Part shown: positions 58,146 to 64,000 of the stretch, piece after piece
Layout: every line of letters starts with the position of its first letter
Position numbering within the stretch: the first letter of the stretch is position 1
Assembly: GCA_016187465.1 (NCBI GenBank)
Contig: JACPJQ010000004.1
Coordinates: 176,806 to 240,805, forward strand
DNA from: Candidatus Woesearchaeota archaeon
GTDB lineage: Archaea > Nanobdellota > Nanobdellia > Woesearchaeales > GW2011-AR4
Direction: 5' to 3'
DNA: 64,000 nt
The notes under the pieces: model-generated
What the model saw: only the letters and a program-made list of their open reading frames with translations
What the model was told of the DNA's origin: nothing
Database searches by the model: none
Position numbers and translations under genes: made by a program

Positions 58146-60770
58146 TTAATTCACATTTGCTTCATCTTTTGTCTTTAGGTATTTTGAAATCTCTATGATT
58201 ATTGAGCCAAGCGCTGAGATTGCAATAATAAAAATAAACTGCAATAAGCTTAGTCTTGCCAGGTCTATGAGGCTTCCGAATGAAGGTATAAAGATTCCGC
58301 TTGCCATTATCGCAAAAGAGCTGAGGAACGCAAGTATGAGGAACTTATTTTTGAAGTAACCTACCTTGTATGTCGGATAAATAGTTGAGCGTGATGAAAA
58401 AGATTGATATAACTCAAACATGCTAATTGTTAAGAAGCATGCTGTCTGGGCAATAAGCAGATTTTCAGGATACTTTTTTACAAACCAGACAAATACGCTT
58501 AATGCAGTTAGTGTAAGCACAATTGGATAATAAATCAGGAATGCGTTAAGGTCTTTATAGATGGGCTCATTTTGCTTTCTGGGCTTTCTTGACATTGCGT
58601 TCGGCTCAAAGGGGTCTGCGCTTAAAGCAAGAGCCGGCAATCCGTCTGTCACTAAATTGATGAGCAGAATTTGAGTTGCCGTTAACGGCATAGGCAAACC
58701 AATTAAAATTCCTATGAAGATAATCAAAACTTCTGCTATGTTGCCGCTTAGAAGGAATCCTAGGTACTTTCTTATGTTGTTGTATATCCCCCTGCCCTCT
58801 TCAACAGCATTGACTATGGATGCAAAGTTATCATCTATGAGTATCATCGAGCTTGCTTCCTTGCTGACATCAGTGCCGCTGATTCCCATTGCTATACCGA
58901 TATCGGCCTTTTTCAGCGCCGGGGCATCATTCACCCCATCGCCTGTCATGGCCACAGTATGGCCGTTCTTCTGCAATGCCTCAATAATCCTGATTTTATG
59001 CTCCGGATTCACTCTTGCGAAAATGGCCACTTGCTCGACAATTTCATGAAGATTTTTTATGCCATCAATCTGTTGGCCCGTGATAACCTTTCCCGCTAAT
59101 CCAAGTTCCCTGGCAACCGCATTGGCTGTCAGGGCGTGGTCGCCAGTTATCATTATCACTTTTATGCCCGCTTTTTTGCATTTCTCGACCGCAGCCTTGA
59201 CTTCCTCCCTTGGAGGATCAATCATTGCCTGAAGCCCGGCAAAAATCAGGTTTTTTTCAGGCTCTGCGTTTGTCATTGTTTTATATGCAAAACCAAGAAC
59301 CCTGAGCGCATCATTTGCAAACTCCCGGTTGATTTCAAGAATCTCTTTTTTTTCATTTTCAGTGAGCTTTTTTACCTTGCCGCTTATGCTTATGTAGCTG
59401 CAAAGCTTCAATACCACTTCAGGAGCGCCTTTGACATAGGAAACTTTTTCTCCATGGTGCTCATGCACAGTAGTCATCATTTTTCTTTCGCTTGTGAATT
59501 CGATTTCATCAACTCTTGGCATTTCTATCTCTAAATCCTCCTTGATGATTCCAGCTTTTGCAGCGCTCACAATCAGTGCCCCTTCTGTAGGGTCCCCAAA
59601 TATGCTGCCTTCCTTCAGATCTGCATTGTTGTTCAGCGCTCCAATCGTCAGCAGGAGCTCAAGATCGTCAGATTTTACAGGCTTATTCTTCCACGTGAAC
59701 TGCCCTTTTGTTTCATATCCTATTCCGCTTACATCGATTATTTTTCCGTTTGCAAAAATCTTGACGACCGTCATCTGGTTTGCTGTCAAGGTGCCTGTCT
59801 TGTCAGAGCAAATCACAGTTGTTGAGCCAAGAGTCTCGACACTTGGCAGCCTTCTTACCAAGGCGTTTCTTTTGAGCATTCTCTGGGTGCCTATAGCCAA
59901 TGAAATTGTGACAACAGCAGGCAGCCCTTCCGGAATAGCTGCAACAGCAAGTGAAACAGATGTAAGCAGCATCACATTCCATGATGCCTTGTGGACAAGC
60001 ATTCCTACAACAAATACAATGACTGCAATTCCAATTGTGGCTTTGCCGAGCAGTTTGCCAAGCCCATCCATTCTCTTCTGCAAGGGGGTCAGTTCAGGCT
60101 CAACATCCTCTATCATCTTGGCTATCTTGCCAATCTCTGTCTTCATGGCTGTTTGGACAACAACAGCCTTTGCCCTTCCGCTCACAACAATAGTCCCTGA
60201 GAAAACCGTGTTCTTCATGTCAGCTATTGGTGTTTTTTCTGGAAGAACCTCTGTGTTTTTCTTTACAGGCTGTGACTCTCCGGTCAATGCTGCTTCATGG
60301 GTTTGCAAATTGAAGACTTCTATTAATCTTGCATCAGCGGGAACTTTGTTGCCGGTCTCCAGAATTATAATGTCTCCGGGAACAAGAAGCTTTGAGTCAA
60401 TGTCTTTTTTTTGGCCGTCCCTGACGACATTGGCTCTCAAAGATGTTAGTTTTTTCAGCGCCTCAATCGATTTTTCCGCCCTGTACTCCTCAAAAAATCC
60501 CAGAACGGCGATAAGAATAATAATGATTAATATGACAATTGCGTCTATCCATTCACCCAAGAAGGCAGAAACAACAGTTGCAAATATCAGAATCCAGATT
60601 ACAATGCTCTTGAACTGCCCTATGAATATTTCAAAAGCGGAAATCTTTTTTCCTTCCTTTATTTCATTTAGGCCGTATTCTTTCAGCCTGTTTTCCGCTT
60701 CCTGCTGCGACAGTCCTTTGTCTGTTGTGTTTAATTCCCTCAATACCTGCTCTGTTGTTTTGGAGTACAT
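58146..60770 (-). CDS. P-type ATPase, Ca2+-transporting (type IIA)
   Basis: [34 protein letters not shown]. Confidence 0.95.
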   Translation of the reverse strand: MYSKTTEQVLRELNTTDKGLSQQEAENRLKEYGLNEIKEGKKISAFEIFIGQFKSIVIWILIFATVVSAFLGEWIDAIVILIIIILIAVLGFFEEYRAEKSIEALKKLTSLRANVVRDGQKKDIDSKLLVPGDIIILETGNKVPADARLIEVFNLQTHEAALTGESQPVKKNTEVLPEKTPIADMKNTVFSGTIVVSGRAKAVVVQTAMKTEIGKIAKMIEDVEPELTPLQKRMDGLGKLLGKATIGIAVIVFVVGMLVHKASWNVMLLTSVSLAVAAIPEGLPAVVTISLAIGTQRMLKRNALVRRLPSVETLGSTTVICSDKTGTLTANQMTVVKIFANGKIIDVSGIGYETKGQFTWKNKPVKSDDLELLLTIGALNNNADLKEGSIFGDPTEGALIVSAAKAGIIKEDLEIEMPRVDEIEFTSERKMMTTVHEHHGEKVSYVKGAPEVVLKLCSYISISGKVKKLTENEKKEILEINREFANDALRVLGFAYKTMTNAEPEKNLIFAGLQAMIDPPREEVKAAVEKCKKAGIKVIMITGDHALTANAVARELGLAGKVITGQQIDGIKNLHEIVEQVAIFARVNPEHKIRIIEALQKNGHTVAMTGDGVNDAPALKKADIGIAMGISGTDVSKEASSMILIDDNFASIVNAVEEGRGIYNNIRKYLGFLLSGNIAEVLIIFIGILIGLPMPLTATQILLINLVTDGLPALALSADPFEPNAMSRKPRKQNEPIYKDLNAFLIYYPIVLTLTALSVFVWFVKKYPENLLIAQTACFLTISMFELYQSFSSRSTIYPTYKVGYFKNKFLILAFLSSFAIMASGIFIPSFGSLIDLARLSLLQFIFIIAISALGSIIIEISKYLKTKDEANVN

Positions 60771-60772
60771 AC

Positions 60773-61111
60773 CTAGAAATAACTGCCGGTATTGCTTACA
60801 TTGTCCTCTTTTGGCTTTGTTTTCATGTCCTTAAGCTTTATTATGAAGTATTCCAGGCAGTCCAGCCCGCAGAAGCTTGCCTTTTTCTTGAAGTCATCAG
60901 GCCCGAATACCAAAGTGTAGTTGCTAGTCCTATAGAAGTTCAGGCTGTTTGAGCACGTTGCGCATATCTTTTCGTGCTCTTTCAGCTTCCGTTTTATCTT
61001 CTCTTCCAGCAGCCTTTTCAATGTTATTGCGCCGCTGTCCAAGTCGCTCTTGAAGCGCATCAGCTCGTTGTAATCCAATATGTCCATAACCTCCTCAAAC
61101 CTTCTGCTCAT
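60773..61111 (-). CDS. small protein with TRASH-like Zn-binding motif
   Basis: CATC...SFCGLDC; GAGGT RBS. Confidence 0.75.
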   Translation of the reverse strand: MSRRFEEVMDILDYNELMRFKSDLDSGAITLKRLLEEKIKRKLKEHEKICATCSNSLNFYRTSNYTLVFGPDDFKKKASFCGLDCLEYFIIKLKDMKTKPKEDNVSNTGSYF

Positions 61112-61204
61112 TTACCTCACCTCATTTGTTTTTGTTTTTTAATTTATATTTTGATTTTAATTTCTTGATTTTGTCAATGTTCAATAGTTATTGAATTTTT
61201 TAAT

Positions 61205-61268
61205 CCGTGCTTCGCACAAATTTACAGCTCGGCTTTCGCTTGTCGCCATTGCGCTCAAGCCTCGCCTA
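61205..61268. repeat. GC-rich REP-like stem-loop cluster
   Basis: GTGC-TTC-GCAC hairpin plus imperfect GGC..GCTTG...CAAGC..GCC stem in AT-rich intergenic DNA. Confidence 0.4.
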
Positions 61269-61279
61269 TTGATACAATA

Positions 61280-61450
61280 TTACTTTCCACCTCCTTCCTC
61301 GAACTTTATGTACCAGCTGTTTGCCTGTTCGTCATAGGCGAAAATGACGTTGTATCTCTTGCTTTTGTCAAGCGCGAAAAGAAGCGGCATCGGAATTGTA
61401 GTCTCGTAGCTGGAGCCTCGCTTGTAAAGCTTCCTTTTGAATTCTACCAT
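61280..61450 (-). CDS. 56-aa AbrB/MazE-like protein (not in ORF track)
   Basis: RKLYKRGSSYETTIP swapped-hairpin motif. Confidence 0.75.
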   Translation of the reverse strand: MVEFKRKLYKRGSSYETTIPMPLLFALDKSKRYNVIFAYDEQANSWYIKFEEGGGK

Positions 61451-61629
61451 ATTTACTTATTTTTATACTTTTTTAATTACTTATTTATAAGGTTTCCTAT
61501 TTTCATTAATCATCAAGGCAGAAAATTATACTTATTTTATAACTTATTTAAATACTTATTTATTTTGAGAAGGGCTCTGTCGCATTTTCATTAACCCATT
61601 TAGTCCAATTCAGAGATTTAATACCCTCT

Positions 61630-61755
61630 TCACTTAACCTTATACAAATTCTCAAAAAAACCGCTGGATTCGGAAACCAAAGGCTGGACAAATACAAACA
61701 GAACTATCAAAATCACCAAAATCACAATTAAAATCCAGACCTGTCTCCAGCCCAT
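61630..61755 (-). CDS. 41-aa single-TM peptide
   Basis: MGWRQVWILIVILVILIVLFVFVQP... Confidence 0.4.
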   Translation of the reverse strand: MGWRQVWILIVILVILIVLFVFVQPLVSESSGFFENLYKVK

Positions 61756-61831
61756 AACAGCTATATTCTGATTGAATGTATTTAAGCCTTTCCCAACAAT
61801 ATTTTTAAACTGCTCCGTAATCTTAAACCGA

Positions 61832-62647
61832 ATGAAAATTGCCATCATTGCTTCTTCCAAAGACCCGGCAGGAATCAATATCCGGAACAATCTGATTGAA
61901 GTGTTTGATTTTAAAAAAGTTAATGAGAAATTTGACAATAACGACATATTCCAATGCGATAAAATCAAAAATATAAAATTATACCTGACAAATGATGATC
62001 TGATTTTTTCGGAGAATATTGACAAAAGAATCAACGCAGACATTCTTGTCTTTGCTTCAAAACACAGAAGCAAGGAAAACACGCCGAGTTTTACTGTTCA
62101 TCCAATAGGAAACTGGGGTAAAGCTGAACTCGGCGGTAAAGAAAGAACACTTTGTTTTTCGTCGGCAACTTTTTTAAAAAATTTGTTTATTGAGTTAGAT
62201 AATAATGAAAAAGACGGTTATGAAACAACTTTGGAGGCAACGCATCACGGCCCTTACACTGAAAAGCCTTCTATTTTTGTGGAGATTGGAAGCACTGAAA
62301 AGGAATGGAATGACAAAGAAAATGGCAAGATCATTGCAAAAACAATAATGGATTCAATAAAAAATCAAAATCAAGATTATAAGATTGCGGTTGGAATCGG
62401 CGGCCCGCATTACTGCGATAATTTCAACAAGATTGTTTTGAAGACAGATATTGCACTTTCGCATATATGCCCAAAATACCAATTGGAAAACCTGAATGAG
62501 GGTATAATAAAACAATCAATTGAAAAAACAGCGGAAAAAGTGGATTTTGCACTGCTGGACTGGAAAGGACTCGGGACAGAAAAGCAAAGGATTGTGGAAA
62601 TATTAAAAAAATTGAATGTAGAATTCAGAAGAACAGAACAGGTTTAG
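61832..62647 (+). CDS. dtdA: D-aminoacyl-tRNA deacylase (archaeal)
   Basis: SKHRS, EATHHGP, FVEIGS, GGPHY. Confidence 0.93.
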   Translation: MKIAIIASSKDPAGINIRNNLIEVFDFKKVNEKFDNNDIFQCDKIKNIKLYLTNDDLIFSENIDKRINADILVFASKHRSKENTPSFTVHPIGNWGKAELGGKERTLCFSSATFLKNLFIELDNNEKDGYETTLEATHHGPYTEKPSIFVEIGSTEKEWNDKENGKIIAKTIMDSIKNQNQDYKIAVGIGGPHYCDNFNKIVLKTDIALSHICPKYQLENLNEGIIKQSIEKTAEKVDFALLDWKGLGTEKQRIVEILKKLNVEFRRTEQV

Positions 62648-62689
62648 AAGTAGAAAGGTTTAAATATCAGTGTGTATTGGGTGTGTATT

Positions 62690-62998
62690 ATGTCTGAAGT
62701 ACAAAGAATAAACATAACATTGCCTAAGAAACTTGTGCAAAAAACAAAGGTTTTGATAGACGAAGGACTCTATTCTAATTTCTCAGAGCTTGTGAGAGAA
62801 AGCATAAAGAATGAGATCTTGCTTGACCAAAGCCTAATCGAGAAAAAAAGAATTCTGGATAAATGGTTCAAGGAAGAAGAAGGAAAAGGTTACGACACCT
62901 CCAATTTAACTCGGGAAGAATTAATTAAACGAATAAGGAAAACAAGAGACGAGCTTTGGGACGAGAAGTACAAATCGTGGTTTGAGGGGCTAAGTTGA
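62690..62998 (+). CDS. RHH/CopG antitoxin
   Basis: RINITLP...GLYSNFSELVRE; overlaps the PIN gene. Confidence 0.85.
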   Translation: MSEVQRINITLPKKLVQKTKVLIDEGLYSNFSELVRESIKNEILLDQSLIEKKRILDKWFKEEEGKGYDTSNLTREELIKRIRKTRDELWDEKYKSWFEGLS

Positions 62999-63387
62999 TA
63001 CTAGTTTTGGACAGCAATGAGTATATAAGCTATTTAGAGAAAAAATCAAAAATTCTTAATGAAATATTTGCAAATGAAGAAATAACCATATGCATTAACG
63101 AAGTTATTGTTAAAGAAATCTTGAGGAATATCGATGAGCGCAAAAGCAAAGAGTTTTATTCTCTTCTTTACAGACACAAAATTGTTGCTTATAATAAAAA
63201 ATTATCATTAGATTTGCTCCAGAAATACAAAGACTTTGGCTTAAAAAAAGGAGACATAGCAATAGCGGCTTTTTGCGAGGCGATGGATGCAGATCACATT
63301 ATTACAGAAAACAGGCATTTCTTGAAGTCAAAGAAATTTGAATTTAAAGTTTTGAGCTTGAGGAAATTTATTGGTGAATTGAGATGA
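62995..63387 (+). CDS. PIN-domain toxin (VapC-like)
   Basis: VLDSN, KGDIAIAA, ITENRHF. Confidence 0.88.
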   Translation: MILVLDSNEYISYLEKKSKILNEIFANEEITICINEVIVKEILRNIDERKSKEFYSLLYRHKIVAYNKKLSLDLLQKYKDFGLKKGDIAIAAFCEAMDADHIITENRHFLKSKKFEFKVLSLRKFIGELR

Positions 63388-63409
63388 GCAGGATAAGGAT
63401 TTTGAGGAA

Positions 63410-63877
63410 TTAGGCTGCTCTACTAAAAGTTCCTTCTTCTTCAACTATAAGCTGATATTGTTGTTTAACAAATTTAAGCTTTTGTTCTGATATCTCCTCC
63501 TCCAATCTCAATGTACCTCCAAGTTCTTCAAATAGTAAATTTATTTCAGCCACATCTGCTTTTGTTGCTGCGTATCTGTAAGGAAGTTCTTCCCCAATTG
63601 GTTTTGTGCCTTCCGATAGATGCTCAATTAATCCCTGCCTTGCAACACTCCAATAATTTCGGATGTTGCTTAATATAGCTTCTTCTCTTTTAATAGGGAT
63701 ATTACTCTTAATTAATTTTTCCAAATAATTTATTAAAACTATGACTGCCTGAATAAGATAAATTGATTCCCCTCCTATTTGAATTTGAGTAGTATTGCCT
63801 ATTTTTTGTAAATTCTTGTGAATATCCAATAATTTTCTTATAATTTTCTTTATTATTTTTCTCTCTTTACTTTCCAT
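63410..63877 (-). CDS. hypothetical protein
   Basis: 155-aa ORF; another minus-strand ORF appears to run off the window end. Confidence 0.55.
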   Translation of the reverse strand: MESKERKIIKKIIRKLLDIHKNLQKIGNTTQIQIGGESIYLIQAVIVLINYLEKLIKSNIPIKREEAILSNIRNYWSVARQGLIEHLSEGTKPIGEELPYRYAATKADVAEINLLFEELGGTLRLEEEISEQKLKFVKQQYQLIVEEEGTFSRAA

Positions 63878-64000
63878 TGAAAGCTCTTTTTCTGTGAGAT
63901 CTTCTTCTTTTTTTTCTATCCCTAATTCTTGTTCTTCCTCCGTTATGCGAGATCCTCTTCCAAACGATTTGAATATTCTAAATAAGATGTAAAGAATGAT

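Noticed and set aside
59494-60834. 446-aa plus-strand ORF
   Set aside because: Antisense shadow of the P-type ATPase; no motifs of its own.
61756-62082. N-terminal part of the 150-aa minus-strand ORF
   Set aside because: Antisense to dtdA; only the last 41 codons look like a plausible gene.

Overview
Core-genome window of a small-genome archaeon, most consistent with DPANN/Woesearchaeota. This is inferred from TFE, archaeal-type AlaRS, DtdA, Nre, YchF and Elp3, BHB-intron tRNAs, BRE/TATA promoters and compact gene packing with isolated orphan genes. Positions ~0.1-17 kb hold a metal and thiol-redox cluster: FTR1, two ArsR regulators, a CARF-wHTH regulator, two CcdA genes (one circularly permuted), Met-rich and DipZ-like thioredoxins, two DUF3179 proteins, a metallothionein-like peptide, TrxB and a glutaredoxin. 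These are followed by gdhA, a convergent type II R-M-like pair, housekeeping genes (alaS, smc, ychF, adk, truD, gap, polX, tfe, elp3, dtdA), a three-intron tRNA-Gly and an intron-containing tRNA-Thr. A complete 2.6-kb IS6-like element carries passenger genes, and a vapBC pair lies near the right end. The most striking observations are orphan genes whose known targets exist only in bacteria (SLT/LysM lytic transglycosylase, sigma54-type enhancer-binding ATPase, tandem CsrA-like protein), the permuted CcdA, and a 9-codon ORF with its own promoter, RBS and terminator. All calls come from reading motifs by eye; no database searches were run.
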